Shown here in pieces: positions 1-8,748 of a stretch of DNA of 58,429 nt (positions within the stretch are counted from its first letter, which is position 1; every line of letters begins with the position of its first letter). A program made the position numbers and the translations under genes. Below the pieces are notes generated by a model. It searched no databases. It was given only the letters and a program-made list of their open reading frames with translations, and was not told where the DNA came from. This DNA comes from Thermodesulfobacteriota bacterium (lineage in GTDB: Bacteria; Desulfobacterota; GWC2-55-46; JADFVP01): the NCBI GenBank assembly GCA_046754225.1, contig JBHHVI010000005.1, forward strand, positions 1-58,429, read 5' to 3'.

Positions 1-1264
1 CCTCTTCTTCATGGACCCCTTCTTCAAGGACCTTTGCTTCCGGGACCTTTGCTTCCGGGACCTTTGCTTCAAAGATCTCTTCAAAGACGCCGGTTACACC
101 CCTTACGTACCCGTCCACGGAAAATCCTTCCACCACCCGCTTTCTACCCGTCCCGCCCATCTCAGCCCTCATGGCAGGGGAATCGGTCAATTCCGCCACC
201 CTTTCCGCGATATTACCGGCGCTCGCCGGGTCCACGAGGAAACCCGTCCCGCCATCGATAACGAGTTCGGCGGGGCCCGTGACGCTCGCGGCCACAACGG
301 GCCTACCCATGAGCATCGCCTCGAGCACCACCCTCGGAAGCCCCTCTTTCTCCGAGGCGAGCACAAAGACATCCATGGCGTTTATGTAAGAGAGGGCGTC
401 AGAGGAAAAACCCGTGAAGAAGATTTTTTTGTCTAACCCCGCCTTGCGTACCTTATCCTTGAGGGGGTTCATCTCAGGCCCCTCGCCGACGACAACGCAT
501 TTTATTTTTTTACCCGCCTTATCCAAAATGGAAACCGCGTCCACGAGCAGGTCCACCCTCTTTCTCTTTATAAGAGAACCCACCGTCCCTATCAAAAGGT
601 CATCTTCACTTATGCCGAGCCCCTCTTTCACCTCCGCCGGCCCCCTCCCGGGCTTCAACCCCGGGTCTATGCCGTTATATACGACGACGCATTTTTCTTC
701 CCTCACCCCGCTCCCGATAAGCCCTTCCTTCACCCCCCCTGAAACGCATATGACCTTTGATACCGACTGGTTTACAGCTTCTGTCTCAAAGCGGGTGAGC
801 CTGACATCGATCCTCGAATGCTGCACGCAGGGTATTCCGGCGCCCTTCGCGGCCAGAATCCCCTCGATGTTTGACGAGGGCTGGTTGTTCATGTAGATGA
901 GGTCGAAGCCGCCGCTCTTCAAGACAGAGAGTATGGCCTTTGCCGCGGGCTGTATCCTTTCGGCGAAGTCGTGGAACCTGATGTACCTCCTTTTAAGGGG
1001 GGGTATGGGGGAAAGAACCCCCCTTATGACCTCTTTTACCGCCTTGGCATAGAATTTCTTCCTTATATCGAGGTGGATAAAATCCACCCCCATTCCTTCA
1101 AGTTCGCGCCTGATATCAGACCCGGCGCCCTTTTTATAGTTATTGTAAAAGAGGGCCGAGAATTCGTAGCGCTTCCTGTCCACCCTCTTAAGGAGTTCAA
1201 TGAGGCTCACCGTGCCGCCGCCCCACTCTTTTCCCGTATCGAGTACGAGTATTTTTTTCTTCAT
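1..1264 (-). CDS. Glycosyltransferase family 4 (GT-B), 3' end runs off the window
   Basis: Not in the ORF track because there is no stop inside the window. ATG at 1264 reads MKKKILVLDTGKEWGGGTVSLIELLK. The same frame near the window start gives the GT4 motif EGLPRVVLEAMLMGRPVVAASVTGPAELV and ends ...EAKVPEAKVPEAKVLEEGVHEEE. Confidence 0.85.
   Translation of the reverse strand, partial: MKKKILVLDTGKEWGGGTVSLIELLKRVDRKRYEFSALFYNNYKKGAGSDIRRELEGMGVDFIHLDIRKKFYAKAVKEVIRGVLSPIPPLKRRYIRFHDFAERIQPAAKAILSVLKSGGFDLIYMNNQPSSNIEGILAAKGAGIPCVQHSRIDVRLTRFETEAVNQSVSKVICVSGGVKEGLIGSGVREEKCVVVYNGIDPGLKPGRGPAEVKEGLGISEDDLLIGTVGSLIKRKRVDLLVDAVSILDKAGKKIKCVVVGEGPEMNPLKDKVRKAGLDKKIFFTGFSSDALSYINAMDVFVLASEKEGLPRVVLEAMLMGRPVVAASVTGPAELVIDGGTGFLVDPASAGNIAERVAELTDSPAMRAEMGGTGRKRVVEGFSVDGYVRGVTGVFEEIFEAKVPEAKVPEAKVLEEGVHEEE
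13..72. repeat. 15-bp in-frame tandem repeat (GGACCTTTGCTTCCG), ~4 copies, encoding EAKVP repeats in the GT4 tail
   Basis: Units at 28-42 and 43-57 are exact, 58-72 is near-exact and 13-27 is degenerate. Confidence 0.85.
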
Positions 1265-1265
1265 C

Positions 1266-1898
1266 TTAACTCTTGCCCCTGCGCCGGGCCGTAGCGATAA
1301 TACTGGGGTAATAATCCATCCTCAGTAGTTTTATAAGGGGCCGGTAAAAGGCGGCCCAGAGCCTCTGCTTCCATTTGAACTTTCCGCTCCTGAATATCTC
1401 TATGTCGCTGTAGCCCGTGGAATGGAGAAGGCCGTAGAGCTCGTCGTGGCGTACAGGGGTTATATGCGTGCAATCGCGCCACAGGTATACGGGGTGGCAT
1501 ACGTTGGGGGTGCTTATCACGATGAGGCCGTTTTCGTTCAGGATCGTCGCGGAAGTCCTTAAAAACTCCACTATCTCCTTGGGCGTAAGATGCTCCACGA
1601 GCTCGAAGGCCGTCACTACGTCAAAGGTCCTGTCTATTTCGTCGAAATTGTAATAATCGTGCTTTAGCGTCCTGTCCACGTCAAAGCTGAAATAATCCGC
1701 CTTTATGCCCGCCCTCTCTATGAGTTCACCTGTCGTCCTGTCGTGGGCGCCCACATCAAGGATGGCGTCGCCCTCTTTCAGGAGCCTCTTTAAGATGTCC
1801 ATCCTGCCGGTGACGGTGGGCAGTTTTAATATATCGGGAAGCCTTCCCGTCGCCTCTTTTCTTCCCCGGAATATCTCCGTCCAGTTTATCTCAGCCAC
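1266..1898 (-). CDS. Class I SAM-dependent methyltransferase (polysaccharide-cluster type)
   Basis: ILDVGA motif I, FDVVTAFELVEHL and ISTPN motifs. Overlaps the upstream glycosyltransferase. Confidence 0.8.
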   Translation of the reverse strand: MAEINWTEIFRGRKEATGRLPDILKLPTVTGRMDILKRLLKEGDAILDVGAHDRTTGELIERAGIKADYFSFDVDRTLKHDYYNFDEIDRTFDVVTAFELVEHLTPKEIVEFLRTSATILNENGLIVISTPNVCHPVYLWRDCTHITPVRHDELYGLLHSTGYSDIEIFRSGKFKWKQRLWAAFYRPLIKLLRMDYYPSIIATARRRGKS

Positions 1899-2970
1899 GG
1901 CCCCTCTTTTCCATGTTTATAGTCCTGTTGAAAGTATCCATGATTACGTCCGCCACGTCGTCGTAGGTGTAGTGTGTTGTTACGTGTCTGTAGCCGGCCT
2001 CCGCCACCTTTTCCCTCTCTTCGCTGTGGGTGACATAGTAGTCGAGCTTACGCGCGAAGTCATCGAACCCCTCATAGAGTACCACATGCTCGCCCGGTGT
2101 AACCACCGACTTCATGTCCCTTGAGCCGTCGGTAAGCAGACACGCCCCGCATGCCGGTACCTCTAAGACCCTCATGTTCATGCCGCTCCGTTTCTCGCCC
2201 TCGCCGAAACCCCAGGTGGTTACGTTAACGACTACCCGGCTCTCGTTATAAAGCCTTATGAGGTCGTCCCCTTCTATGTACTTCCCCCTGACCTTTCTCC
2301 TGAGCCTCATATTAAAGGGGTTCTTCTTGAGCCACTTGGAGCCGTAGATAACGGCGTTTTCAGAAACATTTAAAGCCCTCTCCATAAACTCCATCCTCTT
2401 TTCCGTCCATCCGCCCACAAAACACCAGTCATATTTTTTTTCACATTCCACGGGCCGGAATACCGATGTATCCACTGAGTGGTGGAGTAAACTTATGTTA
2501 CGAAGCCCCCTCTTTTCTCCTTCGGCCACGCAGGCCGAGTTCATAAAAAAATAATGGTCGAAGCCGGGCGCCTCCCCCAGGGGCTCCTCCATCCTCTCTT
2601 CCCTCTCTATCCACCAGCCGAAGAGCTGCGCCCCCTTTTTTGCCTCGTCAAGACAATCTTCAGTGAACCTCCACCCCCTTATTATAAGCACAAGGTCCGG
2701 CTTTACCTCCCTGACCCTTTCGAGAAATTTGGCGCTCCTGTACCGGAGATGGGACAGGGGGTGGTCCTGGAAAAAGACCTTTTTCTTGGGCAGTACCCTA
2801 AGGTTATGGGCCATCTTGTTTGTGTAGTGTATTACGTACTTGTCGAACCAGTTGTTCACGTCGGAATGGAACCCGAAGGCCTCGACGCCCTTCTTCTCAA
2901 AGGCCCTCTTGAGGTAATCCACTATGGGAGGCCTCGGAAAGTACGCGATTAAAATTTTTTTTAGGGACAT
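1891..2970 (-). CDS. Glycosyltransferase, CgeB/Glyco_trans_1_2-like
   Basis: Motifs YDWCFVGG, LYNESRVVVN, NMRVLEVPACGACLLTD and REKVAEAGYRHV. Confidence 0.8.
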   Translation of the reverse strand: MSLKKILIAYFPRPPIVDYLKRAFEKKGVEAFGFHSDVNNWFDKYVIHYTNKMAHNLRVLPKKKVFFQDHPLSHLRYRSAKFLERVREVKPDLVLIIRGWRFTEDCLDEAKKGAQLFGWWIEREERMEEPLGEAPGFDHYFFMNSACVAEGEKRGLRNISLLHHSVDTSVFRPVECEKKYDWCFVGGWTEKRMEFMERALNVSENAVIYGSKWLKKNPFNMRLRRKVRGKYIEGDDLIRLYNESRVVVNVTTWGFGEGEKRSGMNMRVLEVPACGACLLTDGSRDMKSVVTPGEHVVLYEGFDDFARKLDYYVTHSEEREKVAEAGYRHVTTHYTYDDVADVIMDTFNRTINMEKRGRG

Positions 2971-3007
2971 TTTTTATACCTTAAATTAAAAAAACAGGCT
3001 TAATCTT

Positions 3008-4126
3008 TTATGCGCGTTCAACGCCCAGTATATCTTCCACGGCCCGGTCTACTTCCTCCACCGAGATCTGTTCCATGCACTCCTGGTAAGCGCACTTCTT
3101 GCTCACGCAGGGCTCACAGGTGCGCTCCTTCTTTATAATCCTGTGTAGCTCACGATCGTAAAGGGGGCCGGTGCGGGCCGGGTCGCTTACGGCGTAAAGG
3201 GCGACTACCGGGGTCTTTAAGGCATAGGCTATATGCATGGGGCCGGTGTCTCCCGTGACAAAGACATTGAGCCTGCCAATGAGGGCCGCTGTCTCCTTTA
3301 TGGATATCTTGCCTGACGCCACTATAGCGCCCCCGCCTATCCCCTCTGCTATGCGGGAGCAGAGCCCCTTCTCTTCAGGACTTCCTGTAAGGACTATCCT
3401 TGAGGCCGGAAATTTTTTAATCAGAATTTTTCCCAGTTCAATGAAACGCTCCGGGAACCACTGCCTGCTGAGGGTGGAGGCGCCGGGCTGAAAGCCGATT
3501 AAAAGATCCCCCGGGGCCGCGCCCTCTTTAACCAAAAACCTCTCCGCCGAATTTTTAAAGGTATCCTCAATAAAAATATCCATCTCCGGGCCGTCGGAGC
3601 AGCACCCGGCGAGCTCAATCGTCTTCAGCCGCGCCAGAATTCCGTGGCCCAGCCCCTCCCACGTTACAACAGGCTCACGGTTGGAAAGTAAAAAATTGAA
3701 CCTGTTCGCGTTGGGCGTCTTTATTATGAACCTCGCGCCAGAGAGATAACACAGAGGCGTGGCCTGCGGCTCGTTGCCGTGGAGTATAAGGGCGAGGTCG
3801 AATGAATTACTCCGAAGCGACCTTATAGTTGAAAAAAAACTCTTCCAGCCCCCGTAGTAGGGTATGACGCCGTCTATATTCGGGTTGTTGGAGAAGAGTT
3901 CCATGTTCCTGCTATTAAAAAAGGCGACAATCCTCGCCCCGGGGTACCTCTTCCTCACCGCCCTTATGGCGGGCGTTGAGAGGAGCGTGTCCCCTATGGC
4001 CGTACTCGACACGATGAGTATGTTTTTTACCAGACCCGGGTCAAAGTCCTTAATGTCCGCGGCGCGGCCGTCCCTCGCCTTGAGTATCCTCAAATACTTA
4101 TAGAGAAACCCCCCGAAAAGACTCAT
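3008..4126 (-). CDS. Glycosyltransferase family 9 (heptosyltransferase-like)
   Basis: AIGDTLLSTPAIRAVR, FVTGDTGPMHIAYAL and a C-terminal CEPC-x4-C-x4-C. Confidence 0.9.
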   Translation of the reverse strand: MSLFGGFLYKYLRILKARDGRAADIKDFDPGLVKNILIVSSTAIGDTLLSTPAIRAVRKRYPGARIVAFFNSRNMELFSNNPNIDGVIPYYGGWKSFFSTIRSLRSNSFDLALILHGNEPQATPLCYLSGARFIIKTPNANRFNFLLSNREPVVTWEGLGHGILARLKTIELAGCCSDGPEMDIFIEDTFKNSAERFLVKEGAAPGDLLIGFQPGASTLSRQWFPERFIELGKILIKKFPASRIVLTGSPEEKGLCSRIAEGIGGGAIVASGKISIKETAALIGRLNVFVTGDTGPMHIAYALKTPVVALYAVSDPARTGPLYDRELHRIIKKERTCEPCVSKKCAYQECMEQISVEEVDRAVEDILGVERA

Positions 4127-4935
4127 AGGACCCTGCCCTTAATCTTCAAGTAAAAATCGGCCATAAGGGGGTTCGTGTATATCCTGACCCTCTTCTGAAA
4201 CCACCGGGCGCCGTCCTTAACGGCTATCCTCTTTATGGCAAAGGGGTCGGAGCCCTTTTTGACAACTCCGCGCTCGGTCGTAAAGACCCCCCTGTAACCA
4301 AGACCTTTTGCCGCGGCCACGGAGCCGCCATTAAACCTCCCCCTGGGCCAGCAGAGGTATCTGCAGGGTCTTTCCAACTCCGTCTCTATTCTCTTTTTAC
4401 TATCCCGGAGTTCCGCTTGAACCTCCTCCTTTGAGATGTTATCGCAACCCGCGTGGGTGACGGTATGCGAGCCGAACTCCACAAGGCCGCTCAAAGCCAT
4501 CTCTTTTACCATATCCCAGTCCATAATAACCCTTGAAAAAGCCCCCTCCTCTATAATGGCCTTTGAAGCGGCGTGGGTGGGCGCCGCCTTTTTGTACTCC
4601 TCTTGAAGGGCGGCCTTATCCGCCCCCTCCCCTGAAGCCTTGTCCACCCAGGCCGTGGCGATGAAAAGAGCGGCCTTAACGCCGTAGGCCTTGATGAGAG
4701 GGAAGGCGTAATAAAAATTGTCGAGATAACCGTCATCAAAGGTAATGACCACAGCCTTACCCCCCGGATCATACTCCCCGTCAATATAGCCCCGGAGTTC
4801 GTCGAGGCTCAGGGTCTTATATCCGGCGTCTTTTATAAACTCGAGGTGCGAAGAAAAAACCTCGGGGGTAACGGTTATCATATCCCCTTTGTTGGGGTTT
4901 ACGTGGTGGTACATGAGCACGGGCAGCGGGTTCAT
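4123..4935 (-). CDS. Polysaccharide deacetylase (NodB/CE4 family)
   Basis: PVLMYHHV, ITFDDGY, FGSHTVTH and CWPRG motifs. Confidence 0.9.
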   Translation of the reverse strand: MNPLPVLMYHHVNPNKGDMITVTPEVFSSHLEFIKDAGYKTLSLDELRGYIDGEYDPGGKAVVITFDDGYLDNFYYAFPLIKAYGVKAALFIATAWVDKASGEGADKAALQEEYKKAAPTHAASKAIIEEGAFSRVIMDWDMVKEMALSGLVEFGSHTVTHAGCDNISKEEVQAELRDSKKRIETELERPCRYLCWPRGRFNGGSVAAAKGLGYRGVFTTERGVVKKGSDPFAIKRIAVKDGARWFQKRVRIYTNPLMADFYLKIKGRVL

Positions 4936-6041
4936 GGACGCCCCCGACCTCGACCGTTACAAAGGCCGGCATAGAGCCCGTGCATCCTCTCAACCATCCT
5001 CTCCGTTGAAAATTCCTTTGTCACCATTCTTCTGCCCTCTTCGCCCATTGAGCGCCTTAAGGCGCCGTCTTTAAGAAGCTTTATAATGGCGTCGGCGAGG
5101 GCGCCGCTATCTTCGGGCTCGACGAGTTGTCCCGTAACCCCTTCGACAACTACCTCGGGCACGCCCCCGACCCGTGTTGAGATAACGGCCCTGCCCATGG
5201 CCGAGGCCTCGAGTATGGACGTGCCGAGGGCCTCCTGAAGCGTGGGGAGCACAAAGAGGTCTATGCCCTTCAAGACACACTCCACGTCGGCCCGGAGCCC
5301 CAGGAGCGTTACGCTCTTCTCTATCCCCAGTTCCTTTATCTTCCCCTCGATATTCTCTCTCTGCGGACCGTCTCCCGCAAAGACGAAGTTTACCCTGGGC
5401 AACTCCTTTAAGACAAGGGGTATGGCGTCGAGGAGCAGGTGGTGCCCCTTTTTTCTCCTTAGAATAGCCACCGTCCCCACGATCAGGTCATCCTGGCCGA
5501 AGCCGGCCCCCTGCCTGAAGGTATGGGGGGTCTTGTCGGGGTTGAACCTCTCGAGGTCTATCCCCGTGGGTATCGTCACCACCATGCCGCCCTTGAGCCC
5601 CTTGCCGTCAACAAGGTGGCGCCTCACGTACTCGCTCACCGTCACCACCCTGTGGGGCAGGAGCGAATAGGTGGTCTTCGAGGTAATGGGTAGCGCCAGA
5701 TGACGTGTCCTCACTATAACGGGCCTGCGCCTTGAGAGCCTCGCGGCGACGGCGCATAAAAAGCTGTCCACACCGCTGTGCGTACTCACAACGTCCACCC
5801 CTTCTCTCTTTATGAGGCCGGCCACGAACTTTACCGCCGCGATGTCGTGTGACGAGCGGAGCCCGTTGGTCAGGACCTCGAGGCCCGCCGCCCTGGCGCG
5901 CTTCTCAAGGCCGCTACCGGGCCTGCAGAGGACTATGACACGCTCTCCGAAGGTCCTTTTAAGGCCCAGGCATTCATGTAGGGTCCTGTTCTCCTGCCCG
6001 CCCCAGCCCGAGGAACTCTCTGTGTGGAGTATTGTCAACAT
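4932..6041 (-). CDS. Glycosyltransferase family 4
   Basis: ILHTESSSGWGGQE N-terminus, RRKKGH and EALGTSILEASAMG motifs. Confidence 0.9.
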   Translation of the reverse strand: MLTILHTESSSGWGGQENRTLHECLGLKRTFGERVIVLCRPGSGLEKRARAAGLEVLTNGLRSSHDIAAVKFVAGLIKREGVDVVSTHSGVDSFLCAVAARLSRRRPVIVRTRHLALPITSKTTYSLLPHRVVTVSEYVRRHLVDGKGLKGGMVVTIPTGIDLERFNPDKTPHTFRQGAGFGQDDLIVGTVAILRRKKGHHLLLDAIPLVLKELPRVNFVFAGDGPQRENIEGKIKELGIEKSVTLLGLRADVECVLKGIDLFVLPTLQEALGTSILEASAMGRAVISTRVGGVPEVVVEGVTGQLVEPEDSGALADAIIKLLKDGALRRSMGEEGRRMVTKEFSTERMVERMHGLYAGLCNGRGRGRP

Positions 6042-6083
6042 ATTCTATCCATAACCCGGCGGCGGGGAAAAGCCGCGTTAGCC

Positions 6084-6164
6084 GATTTTATAATGGAAGA
6101 GGCCCGGGTGTTGAACGCGGGGCCGGAGGTCGTGAACCTTTTTTTGCCGGCCGCTAAAAGAGTC
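6084..6164 (+). repeat. Diverged inverted copy of an internal segment of the UvrD-like gene (57554-57634)
   Basis: Gap-free alignment with 66/81 identical nt. Translates DFIMEEARVLNAGPEVVNLFLPAAKRV versus DFIKEEARVLNAAPEVMQPFLSVAKRV. Confidence 0.85.
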
Positions 6165-6174
6165 GCTGAAAATA

Positions 6175-7395
6175 TCATGGGAGGCCGTCCCTCCCGGACA
6201 GAACTTCTTCCACGGAGCCTTTTAAAATCTCCCAGACATCTGCGGGCTCAAGGGCGCTGAGGCAGTCGCTCTTCTTCGTGCCCCCGCAGCCGTCCTTGCC
6301 GCAGGGTATACAGTCCCAGTCAAGTTGGATTACCGTGTTACGGCCGAAGCGCTGAATCCCGCTCCTCATTGGATATGGGGAGCATGGCGAAAGGTTTTTT
6401 TCATCATCAATCGTCCCGGTCCGCCCGGCGCCCGGCGCCTTCAACAAACACCCCTTTATAGCACTGTTGTCCCAGGGGCCCCAGTCAAAGGCCCCGCTGG
6501 GGCCGAAGAGCGCGACGACGGGGACCCCGACAGCCGCCGCTATGTGCATGGGCGCCGAGTCGACGCCGAAAAAGAGAGCGGCCCTTCTTGAAAGCGCGGC
6601 GAGCTGCTTTAGTGTCAGGAGACCGGAGAGGTCCGCGGGCTTTATAGGCAAGAGTCCCAGAATGGAACGCACCTTATTTAACTCCCTCTCTTCAGGCCCG
6701 GAAGTGACGACCACGGAGAGACCCGTCTCCATGAACCTCTTTATTATTTCCGCCACACCCTTATCCGTCCAGCATTTAAAGAGCCACCTTGAGACCGGAT
6801 GGAGATGGACAAAGGGCTTTTCGCCCTTCAAAAAAACCTTTTCCCTTAAAAGCCGGTCAACGTACTCTTCGTCCTCACGGGAATTATATATATCCACCGT
6901 AAGGTCCTTTGTACCAATGCCGAAGTGCCTGAGAAGCCCCAGGTCCCTCAATACGGTATGCGTCCCGGCTTCGGCTACGGGCGCGAGGTGCGTATATAAA
7001 TATTTTTTCCCCTTAAAGCCTTTGCCGGCGGGGTCGTAACCGAGGCGATACCGTGCGCCCGTGGAAAATCCGGCGATGGCCGCCCTGTCCCCGCCCGTAA
7101 GGTCAACGGTCATATCAAACCCCTTCTTCCTCAAACCCCGCACGAACTTTATCTCTCCGGCGAGCCTCGCCCCTTTACCCGTCCCCTTCTTGGCGTCCCT
7201 CGGCAGCACTATAACCTCTTCAACAAGGGGGTTGAGGCTCAGCATATCTTCGGTGCCGGAATTAACGAGGGCGCAGATACGGGCCCTGGGAAAGCTCTCC
7301 TTAAGGGCCCTTATGGCCGGCACCGTAAGGAGCACGTCCCCGATATTGCGCAGTTTTATTACGAGTATACTTCTTATGTCAGTAAAATCATTCAA
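6175..7395 (-). CDS. waaQ: LPS heptosyltransferase III-like (GT9, WaaQ/RfaQ type)
   Basis: ILVIKLRNIGDVLL, DLTGGDRAA, HPVSRWLFKCW and FGVDSAPMHIAAA motifs typical of RfaQ-like proteins. Confidence 0.75.
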   Translation of the reverse strand: MNDFTDIRSILVIKLRNIGDVLLTVPAIRALKESFPRARICALVNSGTEDMLSLNPLVEEVIVLPRDAKKGTGKGARLAGEIKFVRGLRKKGFDMTVDLTGGDRAAIAGFSTGARYRLGYDPAGKGFKGKKYLYTHLAPVAEAGTHTVLRDLGLLRHFGIGTKDLTVDIYNSREDEEYVDRLLREKVFLKGEKPFVHLHPVSRWLFKCWTDKGVAEIIKRFMETGLSVVVTSGPEERELNKVRSILGLLPIKPADLSGLLTLKQLAALSRRAALFFGVDSAPMHIAAAVGVPVVALFGPSGAFDWGPWDNSAIKGCLLKAPGAGRTGTIDDEKNLSPCSPYPMRSGIQRFGRNTVIQLDWDCIPCGKDGCGGTKKSDCLSALEPADVWEILKGSVEEVLSGRDGLP

Positions 7396-7467
7396 CCATC
7401 GGACTCCGAAAAAAAAATTTTGAAAAGTAAAACAGTATGAGGCCCACGCCGCTTAAAGGAGAAACCT

Positions 7468-8220
7468 TCAATCGCTAAAACCCCTTTTCAACTCCCTGAG
7501 TTTTTTATACTTCCTGAAGGTATATTGAGCGTAAAGTTTAGAGAGGCGCAGCCCGAAGAAACCTTCAAGGAAACCCTTCCTCAAAAAAAACATCTTTAAA
7601 AAGGTAAAGAGAGGTCTCAGAATTAAAGCGGAGAGCCCGGCGCTTCTACCCTCCCTCGCCATATCCTTTGCCGCGAGGGTGGAGTAGCGCTCCATCCTCT
7701 TGAGATAATCCCGTACGTCTTTATATGTCCTGTGGATAAGGGGGTTTTTGAGATACCCTTTGGCGCCCCTTGACTCAACGGCCTCGTGGACGCCCCTCAA
7801 GTTAAAGCGGGCCAGGTCTTTCCTGTAAAGACGGAGGTTATAGTCCGGATACCATCCGCAGTGTTTAACCCACCTTTCGCCGAAAAAGTTCTTCCTCGGA
7901 ATGTAATAACCGGACTTGTCCGTCTCTTCGGGAAGCGCCGAAATCTCTCTTGCAAGGCCCGGCGTCACCCTCTCGTCGGAGTCAAGGTTCAGTATCCACG
8001 TGTTAGCGGCCCTTGCCTGACAGAGGTTCTTCTGCCTGCCGAACCCGAGCCATCTGTCGGCGTATACCTTCGCGCCGTAGCGGGTGCATATCTCAACGGT
8101 GCGGTCAGTGCTGCCCGAATCAGACACTATTATCTCATCAGCCCATTTTACGCTTTCAAGGCACTCACCGATATTCGCCTCTTCATTCAGGGTGATTATG
8201 GTAACTGTAATCTTTTTCAT
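7468..8220 (-). CDS. Glycosyltransferase family 2, LPS core beta-1,4-glucosyltransferase-like (KdtX/LgtF type)
   Basis: ITLNEEANI, DSGSTDRT, WLGFGRQKN, LDSDE, WYPDY and VHE motifs. Confidence 0.85.
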   Translation of the reverse strand: MKKITVTIITLNEEANIGECLESVKWADEIIVSDSGSTDRTVEICTRYGAKVYADRWLGFGRQKNLCQARAANTWILNLDSDERVTPGLAREISALPEETDKSGYYIPRKNFFGERWVKHCGWYPDYNLRLYRKDLARFNLRGVHEAVESRGAKGYLKNPLIHRTYKDVRDYLKRMERYSTLAAKDMAREGRSAGLSALILRPLFTFLKMFFLRKGFLEGFFGLRLSKLYAQYTFRKYKKLRELKRGFSD

Positions 8221-8431
8221 TCGCGTTAAGGCGCCGGGCCAGGGGGATTATGTTAAAAAAAGACCCTGCCTGTTCCGGGACAATGAGGTTTTACACGGTC
8301 TAAATGATTTGAGATTTTGCACCGGAAGGAAGATTGTTTAGTCGCAATAGGGAAAAGCGCCGGTAAATACATGAACCCATGGCCGGATAACGCCGGCCAT
8401 TTAAGCCTCCCGCAGGTCAGCCTCCCGCCGG

Positions 8432-8611
8432 TCAACCCCCGGCGGGCAACTCCGCTGCCTCGTCTATAAGCATCACCGGTATACCGTCTTTTATGGGATA
8501 TACAAGGCGGCACGCCTGGCAAACAATACCGTCGCCCCTTTCGCTCAAGGCAATCTCGCCCTTACACTTGGGACAGGCGAGTATTTCCAGAAGTTCCTTA
8601 TCAATAGCCAT
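8432..8611 (-). CDS. Trm112/YcaR family protein (59 aa, below the ORF-track cutoff)
   Basis: A GGAGG RBS precedes the ATG at 8611. Translation MAIDKELLEILACPKCKGEIALSERGDGIVCQACRLVYPIKDGIPVMLIDEAAELPAGG has the LACPxCK...YPIxDGIPVML signature. Confidence 0.9.
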   Translation of the reverse strand: MAIDKELLEILACPKCKGEIALSERGDGIVCQACRLVYPIKDGIPVMLIDEAAELPAGG

Positions 8612-8748
8612 GAAATCCTCCAGTAAAATAATCTTTAGTTGTTACGGGACTATAGCCGCGCGCATGTATATTAACATGCCGCCTTAAATATTTCCGCAAA
8701 AAAACCGCCGCCCCGGGCTCGCCCCGCCTTTCAGGATAAATCCCGGGC

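Noticed and set aside
13-72. Short tandem repeats here and at 38248 and 58379 as CRISPR arrays
   Set aside because: They have no spacers, their unit lengths are multiples of three, and they lie in frame within genes.
6084-6164. DGR template/variable repeat pair or CRISPR spacer as the explanation for the helicase copy
   Set aside because: The mismatches are not adenine-specific, there is no reverse transcriptase in the window, and there are no flanking direct repeats or cas genes.
6024-6260. 78-aa plus-strand ORF containing the helicase-like peptide
   Set aside because: It overlaps real minus-strand genes at both ends and has no clear RBS, so I treat it as a non-coding relic.
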